DNA of 30,939 nt from a virus (Duplodnaviria > Caudoviricetes): the IMG/VR virus record IMGVR_UViG_3300033475_000113, positions 1 through 30,939 of that record, one strand, 5' to 3'. The first letter of the stretch is position 1, and every line of letters starts with the position of its first letter. Under the pieces are notes generated by a model. It saw nothing but the letters and a program-made list of their open reading frames with translations. It was not told where the DNA came from and did not search any database. The translations under genes were made by a program, and so were the position numbers. Below, in pieces: positions 16,601-25,022 of this stretch.

Positions 16601-18103
16601 GAGATCGCATCGGCTCTTGCCGAAATGGGCAAAATGTCTTGGGGTGCAATCGGCAAGAGTTTGACGTTGCTAGCAGGCGCGCTGATTATCATCACAGCAG
16701 CTTTGACGGCAATGATCATTGCCCTTCCAGGTGCCGCAGCTTTGCTGGTGGTTTCGGCATCGTTGGCAGTTCTCGCGCCGATTCTGGCCGCGTTCGGAAA
16801 TATGTCCTGGACTGAGATAGGCAAGGGTCTCTTGACCTTGGCCGGCGTGTTCGCGGTCCTGGGCGCGGCTGGTATATTGCTCACGCCGTTGGTGCCAACA
16901 CTAATCGGCCTTAGTATAGCGTTCACCCTCATCGGTATTGGTGTGTTGGCTGCCGGTGCAGGTATATTGCTGTTTTCGGCTGGTTTGGCCGCTCTGAGCG
17001 TTTCTGGAGCGGCAGCGACGGTCGTCTTTGTCGGAATGGTATCCGCTCTTCTTGGTTTGCTCCCGGTGCTTGGGACGCAAGTCGGATTGGCGATCATATC
17101 CTTCGCAAAGACGATATCCACCGCGGGTCCTGCAATTCTGGCCGCGTTCGTGACGATCATATCGTCGCTGATCGACGCCGTGATGGTCCTGACGCCGAAA
17201 ATCATCGATGCAGTGTTCTATCTGTTGTCGAGGCTTCAAGATACTCTGCTGAAGTACATCCCGAAGCTCACCGATACGGGGTTGCAGATCCTCATCGGTT
17301 TCCTGCAAGGTATCGCCAGAAATATCAGGCGAGTGGTCGATGCAGGAACCGACGTCGTGGTGAACTATATTCACGGCGTGGCAAACAACCTGCCTCGAGT
17401 GATTCAGGCCGGCATCGACTTGATCATATCTTTCGTGAACGGTCTTGCAGACGGTATCCGGAATAACTCAGATCGTATGAGTGACGCCGGCATGAACCTT
17501 GCAAGCGCCATAATTGAGGGCATGGTCAAGGGTCTCGGTAAGGGCCTGGGGAAGGTGAAGGACGCCGCGGTCAACGTAGCGAAGAACGCCTTGAACTCGG
17601 CGATGGATTTCCTGGGAGCACACTCGCCGGCGACGAAGTTCATCGATCTGGGTGAATTCTCAGTTCTGGGCTTTGCCATCGGTTTGACGCATCTCGCGTC
17701 TCGAGTTATGGCCTCGGCAAAGGGTGTTGGAAAAACTGCCCTGGATTCGTTGGGTGGGTCAATGTCGGATATGTCGGACATTCTCTCATCGAACATGGAT
17801 CTGCAGCCGACCATCCGTCCGGTGCTTGATCTGACAGACCTGAGCAAGAACGCCGGTCAGATTGATAAGGTTCTCGCTGGTACTAGAACGATATCCTTGG
17901 ATGTCGCACAGAGCAACGCAGCGAATGCCTCGAACGGATTCCAGGACAACAAAGATCAGACGACTCAGGCGCAGACTCCGACTACCGGTGACGTCACGAA
18001 CTACACGCAAAACAATTACTCGCCCAAGGCTCTGGATCCGGCAACGATCTATCGCCAGACGAAGAACCAACTGGCAACCACGAAGGGGGGTCTGCCTAAA
18101 TAA
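13682..18103 (+). CDS. Tape measure protein (1473 aa)
   Basis: ATGA overlap gives start 13682; N-terminal tape-measure domain (YSDQTIYNFSEM, AMYQLSQA); long Ala/Leu/Gly-rich amphipathic repeats. Confidence 0.93.
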   Translation: MSSIDERVVQMKFDNVEFERRVSQTMSSLAALNKGLKLEGATKGLEDVNAASSKLTLGPISNALDTLVDKFRTLSIVAITAITNIANRAVNAGITLVKSLSTEPIIAGLHEYETNLNSIQTILANTGLEGQAGLNKVNAALKQLNDYSDQTIYNFSEMARNIGTFTAAGVTLDVATKAIKGIANLAAISGSNAEQASAAMYQLSQAISAGKLSLEDWNSVVNAGLGGKVFQNALIETARVHGVAIDQMIKDEGSFRLTLQKGWLTSNILTETLQKFTGDLTASQLKAMGYNDQQIAGILKMGKTAQEAATKVKTFSQLLSTLQEAAGSGWTQTWQVIFGDFEEARTLFTNVNNVLGGFINASSDARNKVLGDWKELGGRTVLIEAISNTFEALLGVIKPISTAFREIFPATTGKQLYNLTVTLRNFTQSLKIGADTASYLRRTFAGVFAILGLGWDIVREGVKLFLSLFGMATKGSGGILEFTARIGDFVVRMRQAIEEGHGIEKFFETLGRIIAVPIKIIRMFAAAIGSLLDRFDGDAAAKGVENFVSKLSPLSRLTQIGVGAWEKLPGILRDVSRNFAPIAERVGSFFKNLTSAVVEGLRTLDFSKVVQVIQTGLLGGLVASLIAFITRLRSGIGSGQDLLERITQPFEELTGTLKAMQNTLRAATLLQIAAAVGILTLSVIGLSKIDSAGLTRALSAIAVMFTQLIGALILFEKFGTASVFKVNIAAAGLILLAIAIDLLTIAVRNLSSLSWEELAKGLTGVTVLIGALVGALNLMPDKGRMISTGAGLLILAAAIKVLVTAVTDLSGLSWEKMAKGLAGVAGLLAALGLFTRFAMAEKAGILSGVGILLLAAGIKVMASALKDLGQLSWAEIGRGLTAMAGGLVLVAAALIAIPPTSIVSAAAVVVVAASLGLVASALQKMGSFSWETIGKGLVTLAGALVLISAALIAIPPTAIISAAAVLVVALSLGEIASALAEMGKMSWGAIGKSLTLLAGALIIITAALTAMIIALPGAAALLVVSASLAVLAPILAAFGNMSWTEIGKGLLTLAGVFAVLGAAGILLTPLVPTLIGLSIAFTLIGIGVLAAGAGILLFSAGLAALSVSGAAATVVFVGMVSALLGLLPVLGTQVGLAIISFAKTISTAGPAILAAFVTIISSLIDAVMVLTPKIIDAVFYLLSRLQDTLLKYIPKLTDTGLQILIGFLQGIARNIRRVVDAGTDVVVNYIHGVANNLPRVIQAGIDLIISFVNGLADGIRNNSDRMSDAGMNLASAIIEGMVKGLGKGLGKVKDAAVNVAKNALNSAMDFLGAHSPATKFIDLGEFSVLGFAIGLTHLASRVMASAKGVGKTALDSLGGSMSDMSDILSSNMDLQPTIRPVLDLTDLSKNAGQIDKVLAGTRTISLDVAQSNAANASNGFQDNKDQTTQAQTPTTGDVTNYTQNNYSPKALDPATIYRQTKNQLATTKGGLPK

Positions 18104-18927
18104 TGTCTATCACCAAGGTTGAAGTTCGGACGCCTCTCGGGGCTCTTCTCACGTTGACGTTGGAAGATCCGACCAACGGATACCTGATTGAGGATATTCT
18201 CGGGCTGGACCCCGTCAAGGCGACGATCAGCTCATCTACCTTCGCGAATTTCCCCGGGGCAAAATACCAGGCAAGTCGGAGAGAAATACGCAACATCCTA
18301 TTCAAGTTGAAACTAGAGCCGAATTTCATAACTCAGACGGTTCGACAACTCAGATCGAACTTGTACGAGTTCTTCGAATCTGATATGGAGGTCAGTCTTC
18401 GATTCTTCATGGTCGATGGACTGACCGTGGACATCGCAGGGAGGGTGGAGTCTTGCGAGGCTCCCCTCTTCACTCAAGAACCAAGAGCCACGATATCCAT
18501 CATCTGTTTCGACCCCGATTTCGTAGATTTGACGCCCGTGGTAGTCAGTGGAAATACTGTTTCTACATTGACGGAATTCACTATTGATTATCCGGGCGAC
18601 ATCTCTACAGGATTCGTGTTTGTGCTCAACGTCGATCGAACGTTGACAGATTTCACGATCTATCATCGTCCTGCGGACAACGTGCTTCGTACGTTCGATT
18701 TCTCGTCCGCTTTGGAAACAGGAGACGTTCTGACCGTCAACACCATTGATGGTAGTAAAGCAGTCATGCTAAATCGCAGTGGGACGTTGACGTCGTTGCT
18801 CTACGGAAAGTCTCCCCAATCCAAATGGCTTAAGCTGATGCGAGGAAATAACCGTCTCCGAGTGTATGCCACCGGCGCGGCCATTCCTTTCACAATTACG
18901 TACACGCCTAGGTACGGAGGCTTGTAA
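18103..18927 (+). CDS. Distal tail (Dit-like) protein
   Basis: Directly after tape measure with TAATG overlap; ICFDPDF and WLKLMRGNNRLRV...YTPRYGG Dit-like motifs. Confidence 0.8.
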   Translation: MSITKVEVRTPLGALLTLTLEDPTNGYLIEDILGLDPVKATISSSTFANFPGAKYQASRREIRNILFKLKLEPNFITQTVRQLRSNLYEFFESDMEVSLRFFMVDGLTVDIAGRVESCEAPLFTQEPRATISIICFDPDFVDLTPVVVSGNTVSTLTEFTIDYPGDISTGFVFVLNVDRTLTDFTIYHRPADNVLRTFDFSSALETGDVLTVNTIDGSKAVMLNRSGTLTSLLYGKSPQSKWLKLMRGNNRLRVYATGAAIPFTITYTPRYGGL

Positions 18928-20102
18928 TGGAGGTGTTGATCCTCGATAGCCTCTACCGTCGTGTTGAAGTCGTGGACGATTTCGAGACGCTGATTTGGAC
19001 CGAACGTTTCCGAGCCAAAGGCGACTTCGAACTTCACACTTCTCCCACCACAAAGAACCGCAGTCGTTTCACCAAGGGGACAAGATTGGCTCTGTACGAG
19101 TCATATCGTGTCATGACGGTAGATACGATCAGCGAGGGCATCAACGCCGATGGTGTTCGTACCTTGATCGTCAAAGGCTTCTCGCTCGAGGCGGTGCTTG
19201 AACAACGAATCGCCATGGCCGCTTTGACGGATCTCACCACGGATCCACAGTGGATTCTCACCGGGCAGCCCAAGGACATCGCGACACAGATGTTTCACGA
19301 TATTTGTGTTACAGGAATCCTGAATGCTGGCGATATCATTTCCGGCGTCAACGAAATAAATATTTTTCCGTCAGACACCATTCCGGAACCCGTCGACAGC
19401 ATCACGTATGTGGTGAATCCGACCACCTTGTACGAGGCGACAAAAACCATATGCGATGCATATTTCATGGGGTTCCGTCTCGTGCGAGATCACGACACGA
19501 CTCAGTTGTACTACGACATCTATATGGGTTGTGATCGTACAACGCAACAAACCACGTTCCCTGCGGTGGTGTTCAGCCCTGAGCTCCAGAACTTGCATAG
19601 CACTAACAAGCTGGAATCGTGGGCTCCGTACAAGAACGTCGCGTACGTAGTGTCTCCAGTCGGTCACGAAGTGGTATATCTGGACGACGTCGATCCGTCG
19701 ATGGCTGGTTTCGAGCGACGCGTTCTTCTGGTCAAAGCGGATGATATTACGGATCCAGACGGTCCGACTGCCTCGGCTTTGATGGTCCAGCGAGGAAAAC
19801 AAGAGCTGACGAAGAACCGGAGCTTCGTCGCTTTGGATGGAGAGGTTGCCCAGACTTCTCAGTACACCTACGGCATAAGCTACAATCTGGGCGATCTCGT
19901 CACGCAAGAGGATGGCGAAGGTGGGACTGCGCAGATGCAGGTCACTGAGCAGATATTTGTCAGTGATCAGCAAGGCGACAGATCATATCCCACGCTGACC
20001 ATCGATCAAATCGTCACAGTCGGTTCGTGGCTTGCAAGGGATCCGCTCGAGGAATGGTTTGATCTCGATGCAGATTCGCAAACCTGGGCTGACCAACCGT
20101 AA
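18927..20102 (+). CDS. Baseplate hub / minor tail protein (ReqiPepy6 Gp37-like)
   Basis: LIWTERFRAKGDFEL, GFERRVLLV and YTYGISYNLGDLV motifs; follows Dit. Confidence 0.8.
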   Translation: MEVLILDSLYRRVEVVDDFETLIWTERFRAKGDFELHTSPTTKNRSRFTKGTRLALYESYRVMTVDTISEGINADGVRTLIVKGFSLEAVLEQRIAMAALTDLTTDPQWILTGQPKDIATQMFHDICVTGILNAGDIISGVNEINIFPSDTIPEPVDSITYVVNPTTLYEATKTICDAYFMGFRLVRDHDTTQLYYDIYMGCDRTTQQTTFPAVVFSPELQNLHSTNKLESWAPYKNVAYVVSPVGHEVVYLDDVDPSMAGFERRVLLVKADDITDPDGPTASALMVQRGKQELTKNRSFVALDGEVAQTSQYTYGISYNLGDLVTQEDGEGGTAQMQVTEQIFVSDQQGDRSYPTLTIDQIVTVGSWLARDPLEEWFDLDADSQTWADQP

Positions 20103-20117
20103 CGAAGGAGGGTCGAC

Positions 20118-20357
20118 ATGGCAGTCGGTGATGACGCCGCAGCAGCAGGATATCCGCTCGTCCCCGATGTTGGCGAAGAAGGCCGAGTTCGTTGGGGTGG
20201 ACGAGAGATCAATCGCGCTAGGGATTTTATCGCACAGATCAAGGCGCTGATTCCCACCGGCAAAGCTGGATACCGCACCGCTTCGGGAATATCTTCTGGG
20301 ACCGCTGATCCATCCGGAGGTAACGACGGCGATATCTACTTCAAGATCATTGAGTAG
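20118..20357 (+). CDS. Small minor tail protein
   Basis: AAGGAGG RBS; ISSGTADPSGGNDGDIYFK motif common in tail proteins. Confidence 0.7.
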   Translation: MAVGDDAAAAGYPLVPDVGEEGRVRWGGREINRARDFIAQIKALIPTGKAGYRTASGISSGTADPSGGNDGDIYFKIIE

Positions 20358-20362
20358 ATGAC

Positions 20363-21163
20363 ATGGTTTCTAGTGGTAGCGTCAATGGGAACAACGTAGA
20401 TGGAACTGAGGGAAGCTATCTCAATTGGCAGGTAGCTTCCCAGGACGTTGATGGGAACTTCTCGACACTCAACTGGCAAGTAGGATGGCGTTTCTCCACT
20501 ACCAGTTGTCGAGGACTTCGACTTGGTCGAGCCGTTATCAACGGCACTGTGGTATACGACGATCATGACAGCGGAGATGGCGTTCACGCGTTCGTTTCTG
20601 GTCATAACCACAAACCGCGGCTCCAAACGGCTTCCGGGTCCATCAACGTCGGACATAATGCGGACGGAACCAAGGAATTCTCCGCATCAGTCAAAATGAC
20701 GGGATTCTCTGGACTGCTCTCACAAGGCTCATCAATCTGGACCTTGCCCGAGATCAGTCAGGTTCCTGATCCGCCGAGTTCTCCAGTCTTGAGTAATATT
20801 CACCAGACATCGTTGACCGCAATGTTCGACCCAAACGATAGCGGCGGTACGCCAATCATCGGATACGAGGTCGGATATTCAACAGTGTCCGACGTTGGTG
20901 GGGCAACCGTCGTTGCAGGATATCCTCCGGTGATGATTACTGGCTTGCTTCCAGCGACGAAATATTACTTCTGGGCAAGGGCGGAAAACTCAAACGGTTG
21001 GAGCGATTGGTCGACTCCTGGTATTGCCACTACGTTGGCCGGAGCTCGAGTCAACGTCGCTAACGTCTACAAGCAAGCCATCCCGTACGTCAGATCAGGG
21101 GGCGTTTGGAAACTCGCTCGTCCCTACGGTAAAATCGCTGGAGTCTGGAAGGAGGGCATATGA
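20363..21163 (+). CDS. Minor tail protein with fibronectin type III domain
   Basis: PDPPSSP...DSGGTPIIGYEVGY...ITGLLPATKYYFWARAENSNGWSDWS is a clear FN3 signature. Confidence 0.8.
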   Translation: MVSSGSVNGNNVDGTEGSYLNWQVASQDVDGNFSTLNWQVGWRFSTTSCRGLRLGRAVINGTVVYDDHDSGDGVHAFVSGHNHKPRLQTASGSINVGHNADGTKEFSASVKMTGFSGLLSQGSSIWTLPEISQVPDPPSSPVLSNIHQTSLTAMFDPNDSGGTPIIGYEVGYSTVSDVGGATVVAGYPPVMITGLLPATKYYFWARAENSNGWSDWSTPGIATTLAGARVNVANVYKQAIPYVRSGGVWKLARPYGKIAGVWKEGI

Positions 21164-21459
21164 TCGAGGGCATTCCCCTTGTTGATGTAGCACCTCCAAC
21201 CTTGCTCGGCATCTTCATTCTTCTCATCATGTTCGGTCGTCTCGTACCGTGGTGGTTCTACAAAGCCAAGGCCGATGAAGCCGAAAAATGGCGTCTTGCC
21301 TTTGAAGCTGAAAGAGAATCCCGTGTCGCTTCCGATGCCCAGACCGCAGAGTTACTTGAACTTGCCAAGACGACGCATAGTATTATCGTGGCGGTATTCA
21401 CCCCGCCACAGTATTCAGCGTCAGGGGGGGCCTATGTGGTTCCTACGCAGAAAAAGTAA
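21160..21459 (+). CDS. Membrane protein (N-terminal TM helix plus coiled coil), probable lysis cassette
   Basis: LLGIFILLIMFGRLVPWW hydrophobic segment; ATGA overlap. Confidence 0.7.
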   Translation: MIEGIPLVDVAPPTLLGIFILLIMFGRLVPWWFYKAKADEAEKWRLAFEAERESRVASDAQTAELLELAKTTHSIIVAVFTPPQYSASGGAYVVPTQKK

Positions 21460-21640
21460 ATCTGGGGAAGAAGCACAGGCGGCCCTCGAAGACGCACAAA
21501 TGCATTTGAAGGAGGTCAAAAAGCGAGGAAAGGAAGTTACTAAGATAGCAAATGCTCTGCGGGAATTCCGAGAGGAAAACGAAGATCGATTCGCCGAACA
21601 AATGGAGCAGATTATTCTTCGACAAGGAAAGGCGCCCTAG
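21434..21640 (+). CDS. Small coiled-coil protein (68 aa)
   Basis: AGGGGGGG RBS-like run before ATG 21434; reads MWFLRRK... Confidence 0.6.
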   Translation: MWFLRRKSKSGEEAQAALEDAQMHLKEVKKRGKEVTKIANALREFREENEDRFAEQMEQIILRQGKAP

Positions 21641-21972
21641 TGATGAACGACTTCCACACTCTCATCCTGTGGATTCGCATTTTCACTATCTGGGCAGCCT
21701 TGTGCGCCACGTGTGTACCAGTACTATATGCGTTTTATCCCTGGTACTCTAGGCCCATCGGTCGAGGCTTCATGTTCCAAGCGGTATCGTTCGCACTGGC
21801 ATTAGATGTAACGGTGGTGTTTTCTCTTTGGCCGCCGGCGAACATCTATGTCATTTTCTACATCGATTTGTTCGTTCTCACACTCATTGGGTTGTCAACG
21901 TCGCTGTTGGCATTTTACATGTGGAGGATGAATCGTCCTAAGAAACGAGGGAATCATCGTGCAGTTCAGTAG
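21640..21972 (+). CDS. Putative holin (three TM segments)
   Basis: Three hydrophobic stretches, WYSRPIGR loop, basic C-terminus. Start may be 21643. Confidence 0.65.
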   Translation: MMNDFHTLILWIRIFTIWAALCATCVPVLYAFYPWYSRPIGRGFMFQAVSFALALDVTVVFSLWPPANIYVIFYIDLFVLTLIGLSTSLLAFYMWRMNRPKKRGNHRAVQ

Positions 21973-22285
21973 TCGGGTTTACAACGTCCTCCGCGATGTT
22001 GCGCAGGTATATCTCCCCGCCGCCGGTACGCTTTACGTGGCTCTGGCAGTGTTGTGGTCGCTTCCCGCGGCGGAGCAGATCTCGGGAACCGTGCTGGCCC
22101 TCGATACGTTCCTGGGTGCTGTTCTAAAGGTGAGCACGGCAGCTTACAACAAGAGCGAAGAGAAGTTCGGCGGAACCCTCGCCATCGAGGATCATGAAGA
22201 TGGGTCAAGGCTGCGCGTCAAGCGTGTCGACCCTGTGGTGCTGACAACTCAAGGCGAAATCACGTTCAAGATTGTGAAAGAGTAG
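21959..22285 (+). CDS. Holin, Dp-1 family-like
   Basis: YNVLRDVAQVYLPAAGTLYVALAVLWSLP..EQISGTVLALDTFLGAVL matches the Dp-1 holin pattern. Confidence 0.8.
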   Translation: MQFSSRVYNVLRDVAQVYLPAAGTLYVALAVLWSLPAAEQISGTVLALDTFLGAVLKVSTAAYNKSEEKFGGTLAIEDHEDGSRLRVKRVDPVVLTTQGEITFKIVKE

Positions 22286-22300
22286 CTTCTTCCATGCGGG

Positions 22301-22348
22301 TCGCGCGAAAAACTCGCGCTATGATGAGACCGCCCGCTATTGAAGGAG
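22301..22348 (+). promoter_or_regulatory. Cassette promoter/RBS repeat, copy 1 (divergent)
   Basis: TCGC at 22301, TATGAT at 22320, then GAGACC...GAAGGAG. Confidence 0.7.
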
Positions 22349-22353
22349 AACGC

Positions 22354-22647
22354 ATGTTCGCCAAGAAGACCCCTACCCGCGAACTCGTGGCTCTCGACGA
22401 ACTCATTGACTCGGTGTATGCCGATCTTGCTGGATTTACCAGCGATGACGACGAGTTTGACAAGCAAACCACCCAGCTTCAGAAGCTGCTCCGATTGAGG
22501 GCTGAACTTACCCCTCAGACTCGAGTGAGCCCTGACGTGCTGGCGACAGTTGCTGCCAACCTCATCGGCATCGTTGCGATCCTCGGATACGAGCACGCGC
22601 ACGTCGTGACGTCGAAAGCCCTGAGTTTCGTGGCCAAGCTTCGGTGA
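22354..22647 (+). CDS. Small membrane protein (97 aa)
   Basis: GAAGGAG RBS; hydrophobic VLATVAANLIGIVAILGY segment. Confidence 0.8.
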   Translation: MFAKKTPTRELVALDELIDSVYADLAGFTSDDDEFDKQTTQLQKLLRLRAELTPQTRVSPDVLATVAANLIGIVAILGYEHAHVVTSKALSFVAKLR

Positions 22648-22679
22648 TCATCTAACTCATCACAAGCCACGTCTACAGA

Positions 22680-22716
22680 CATGGGGGACGCGTAAAAAAC
22701 GTCCCTTATGTTTTTT
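22680..22716 (+). terminator. Intrinsic terminator
   Basis: CATGGGGGACG / CGTCCCTTATG 11-bp stem (2 G-U pairs) followed by TTTTTT. Confidence 0.8.
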
Positions 22717-22721
22717 GCCTT

Positions 22722-22765
22722 TCGCAAGGAAAACTCATCCTATAATGAGACCCCCTACGAAAGGA
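22722..22765 (+). promoter_or_regulatory. Cassette promoter/RBS repeat, copy 2
   Basis: TCGC at 22722; TATAATGAGACCCCCTACGAAAGGA from 22741. Confidence 0.88.
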
Positions 22766-22771
22766 CAGACG

Positions 22772-22996
22772 ATGTTCAAGAATCGTTCGTTCCAGGTCAA
22801 GTTCGTCAGAGACAAGCAAATCTCGGGCGACCCGATCGATCGCGGAAACGCCGTTGACGGCATTCTCGTCGCGCAAAGCTACGCTGACCTCGTCGTGAAT
22901 ACTGCAACCGAACTCGCGAAGATTGGCATCATCCTGATCCTCGTCAAGACCGGATGCGATTTGGTTCGTACCGCAGCAAACGCTGTCACCAAGTAG
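22772..22996 (+). CDS. Small membrane protein (74 aa)
   Basis: ATG 6 nt after AAAGGA; LAKIGIILILVKTG hydrophobic segment. Confidence 0.75.
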   Translation: MFKNRSFQVKFVRDKQISGDPIDRGNAVDGILVAQSYADLVVNTATELAKIGIILILVKTGCDLVRTAANAVTK

Positions 22997-23003
22997 TACT
23001 CGA

Positions 23004-23033
23004 GCCTAGAGCCCCACAAGGGCTTTAGGTTTT
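23004..23033 (+). terminator. Terminator-like hairpin, CACAA-loop family
   Basis: CCTAGAGCCC-cacaa-GGGCTTTAGG followed by TTTT, which runs into the next TCGC. Confidence 0.8.
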
Positions 23034-23075
23034 CGCAGAAATTACATAGCCTATAATGAGACCCCTACGAAAGGA
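23033..23075 (+). promoter_or_regulatory. Cassette promoter/RBS repeat, copy 3
   Basis: TCGC at 23033; TATAATGAGACCCCTACGAAAGGA from 23052. Confidence 0.88.
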
Positions 23076-23081
23076 CCTGTC

Positions 23082-23246
23082 ATGCTGAAGAACAAGATTG
23101 CCAACATGACCAACCGTCAGCTCGCCGCTGCTGTTGGAACGGAGCTCGCCAAGACTGTTGCTGTTGCAGTAGCCGCTGGCGTCGCGTTCCACCTTGCAGT
23201 TCGACTGATTGCTGGTCCCGTTGCGAAAGATTCCAACAACGACTGA
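23082..23246 (+). CDS. Small membrane protein (54 aa), not in ORF track
   Basis: MLKNKIANMTNRQLAAAVGTELAKTVAVAVAAGVAFHLAVRLIAGPVAKDSNND; RBS supplied by the repeat. Confidence 0.8.
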   Translation: MLKNKIANMTNRQLAAAVGTELAKTVAVAVAAGVAFHLAVRLIAGPVAKDSNND

Positions 23247-23262
23247 CCCTACGAGAGACATC

Positions 23263-23294
23263 AAAACCTCGAGCCTACAAAGGCTTTAGGTTTT
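23263..23294 (+). terminator. Terminator-like hairpin
   Basis: AAAACCTCGAGCCT-acaa-AGGCTTTAGGTTTT. Confidence 0.75.
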
Positions 23295-23317
23295 CGTTCT
23301 ACCTGAAGGGATTGTCC

Positions 23318-23602
23318 ATGCTTGACGTTTTGGAGTTTATCGCACTGTTGTTCAAGGTCCTCCTGTGGACGCTCATCGTTCTGTTTGTGTTCTGGGTCCT
23401 GCCTGCTATGGTGCTCCTCACGGGCGAGGAGCTCTTCGGCGTGCAGCGTCCCGTCATCCAGCCAAAGCCGGAGCCATATCAAGGTAGGCATTGGCGCGAT
23501 CCGCAAGACTATACCAAGAAGATGTATATCATCGCGTTCGTCAATCGCTATCGTGAGGATCACGGTGGCATTCTCAGTCATAGGAGACTTTCTCATGGGT
23601 AA
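23318..23602 (+). CDS. Membrane protein (94 aa)
   Basis: GAAGGG RBS; long N-terminal hydrophobic segment. Confidence 0.7.
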   Translation: MLDVLEFIALLFKVLLWTLIVLFVFWVLPAMVLLTGEELFGVQRPVIQPKPEPYQGRHWRDPQDYTKKMYIIAFVNRYREDHGGILSHRRLSHG

Positions 23603-23852
23603 CATTCCGGAGCTCGTGTTCGTCGTCACCGTCGCGACCGTCCTGGCCATCGTCGGCTTGTTCTGTCTGCTGTGCGCCGTGGCGTTCGTTCTGACTTGCA
23701 TTCACGAATGGCGAAAGCAAAACGCAGCGCTGAGGCTTTTGGAAGCGCGAGAAGAGATCGTCAAGCGTGAGCGACGCATGGAGCAAAAGACCGGCGAGGA
23801 ACACTGGAAAACCATAATGAGCGAGATTGATAAGGAGTATCGTGGAAATTAG
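23595..23852 (+). CDS. Membrane protein (85 aa)
   Basis: AGGAG RBS, ATG 23595 (MGNIPELVFVV...); TM helix followed by a charged coil. Confidence 0.7.
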   Translation: MGNIPELVFVVTVATVLAIVGLFCLLCAVAFVLTCIHEWRKQNAALRLLEAREEIVKRERRMEQKTGEEHWKTIMSEIDKEYRGN

Positions 23853-24606
23853 CGATCTGGCGAAGCGCCTGGCAAAGCTGACCGCCGACAACTCTCCCGC
23901 CATCTTCACTGCGCTCGGTGTGGCCGGAGCACTCACGACGGCATATCTCACGGGGAAGGCTTCGTTCAAGGCAGCCAAAATCATCTCCGACGAAGAATTC
24001 TCTGTTTCGAGAGGCGTATCTTTCCGACTCGGCACTCGAGACAAAGTGGAGAAGGTATGGAAACTGTACATCCCGCCGGCGGGCAGTGCCGTCGTCACCA
24101 TTGCCTGTATCATTCTGGCAAACCGCATCGGGAGCCGCAGGGCAGCTGCTTTGGCTGCAGCGTATGCGATTTCCGAGAGAGGCTTTGCCGAGTACAAACA
24201 GAAGGTGGTCGAGAAACTTGGAGCTCCCAAGGAGCAGAAGGTCCGGGACGAGATCGCCCAGGAACGAGTCAACAAGAATCCGTTCAACGATCTGTTCGTG
24301 ATCGGCGAAGGTCAGGCTCTCTGCTACGACTCCTACACCGGAAGATATTTCTTGTGTGATATGGAGTCGATCCGTCGCGCGGAGAACGACATCAACTACG
24401 AGATCAACAGCAATTACTACGCCTCGCTGACCGACTTCTACAACAAGATCGGTCTGCCAAGGACGTCGATGTCCGACAACGTGGGTTGGAACGCTGACAA
24501 GCTTCTCGAGGTCGAGTACTCCGCAGTGCTTAGCGAGACCGGAAAGCCCTGCATCGCCATTGACTTTCGCGTCGAGCCTGTTCGCGGATATTCCCGCCTG
24601 CAGTGA
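23842..24606 (+). CDS. Conserved phage protein, DUF6353-like (paralog of 27248-28150)
   Basis: AAGGAG RBS, GTG 23842; NSPAIFTALGVAG, KLYIPPA, AAAYA...EYKQKV, ASLTDFYNKIGLPRT...VGW. Confidence 0.75.
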   Translation: MEISDLAKRLAKLTADNSPAIFTALGVAGALTTAYLTGKASFKAAKIISDEEFSVSRGVSFRLGTRDKVEKVWKLYIPPAGSAVVTIACIILANRIGSRRAAALAAAYAISERGFAEYKQKVVEKLGAPKEQKVRDEIAQERVNKNPFNDLFVIGEGQALCYDSYTGRYFLCDMESIRRAENDINYEINSNYYASLTDFYNKIGLPRTSMSDNVGWNADKLLEVEYSAVLSETGKPCIAIDFRVEPVRGYSRLQ

Positions 24607-24615
24607 TGAGGGATC

Positions 24616-24801
24616 ATGAAACACGGGTACTGGACAATTCATTCGAGATTCCTCACTCGCTCACCTCGATATTTGGCCGGAGCGAAGATCAACAAATGTA
24701 AATACAACGCCACGAAGAAGGATCGGCAAGGAATGGATATTCCTGATCAACTGAAATATGGTCGATCAGCAAAATACTCGCAAGATCTACGTGGCCTATA
24801 A
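24616..24801 (+). CDS. Possible small basic ORF (61 aa), uncertain
   Basis: GAGGG RBS, but atypical codons and the stop falls inside the TATAAT of repeat copy 4. Confidence 0.3.
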   Translation: MKHGYWTIHSRFLTRSPRYLAGAKINKCKYNATKKDRQGMDIPDQLKYGRSAKYSQDLRGL

Positions 24802-24820
24802 TGAGACCCCTACGAAAGGA
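24778..24820 (+). promoter_or_regulatory. Cassette promoter/RBS repeat, copy 4
   Basis: TCGC at 24778; TATAATGAGACCCCTACGAAAGGA from 24797. Confidence 0.88.
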
Positions 24821-24827
24821 CCCCATC

Positions 24828-25016
24828 ATGGAGAACGCCGAAATCGTCGAGGTCGTCGAAGACCCCTCCGTCAACAAGAACGCGATCATCGCCGTTGCCG
24901 TCACCGCCGTGGTGATGGGCGCAGCCGTGATCGCGACCAAGTTGTGGAAGCGTCACCAGACGGCCAAGTTCGAAGAGCAGCTCGTGATCGAGGCCGAAGA
25001 GGCCGCTCAGAACTAA
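24828..25016 (+). CDS. Small membrane protein (62 aa)
   Basis: MENAEIVEVV...AIIAVAVTAVVMGAAVIATKLWKR; single TM helix followed by basic residues. Confidence 0.8.
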   Translation: MENAEIVEVVEDPSVNKNAIIAVAVTAVVMGAAVIATKLWKRHQTAKFEEQLVIEAEEAAQN

Positions 25017-25022
25017 CCCTTG

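Noticed and set aside
21424-21430. G7 run as a programmed frameshift fusing ORFs 21160 and 21434
   Set aside because: More simply an SD-like sequence before ATG 21434; a similar G-run precedes ATG 18103. No supporting evidence for slippage.
24602-24623. Hammerhead-like GTGATGAG...GAAAC
   Set aside because: Lacks the CUGANGA core (G instead of C) and a pairable stem II.
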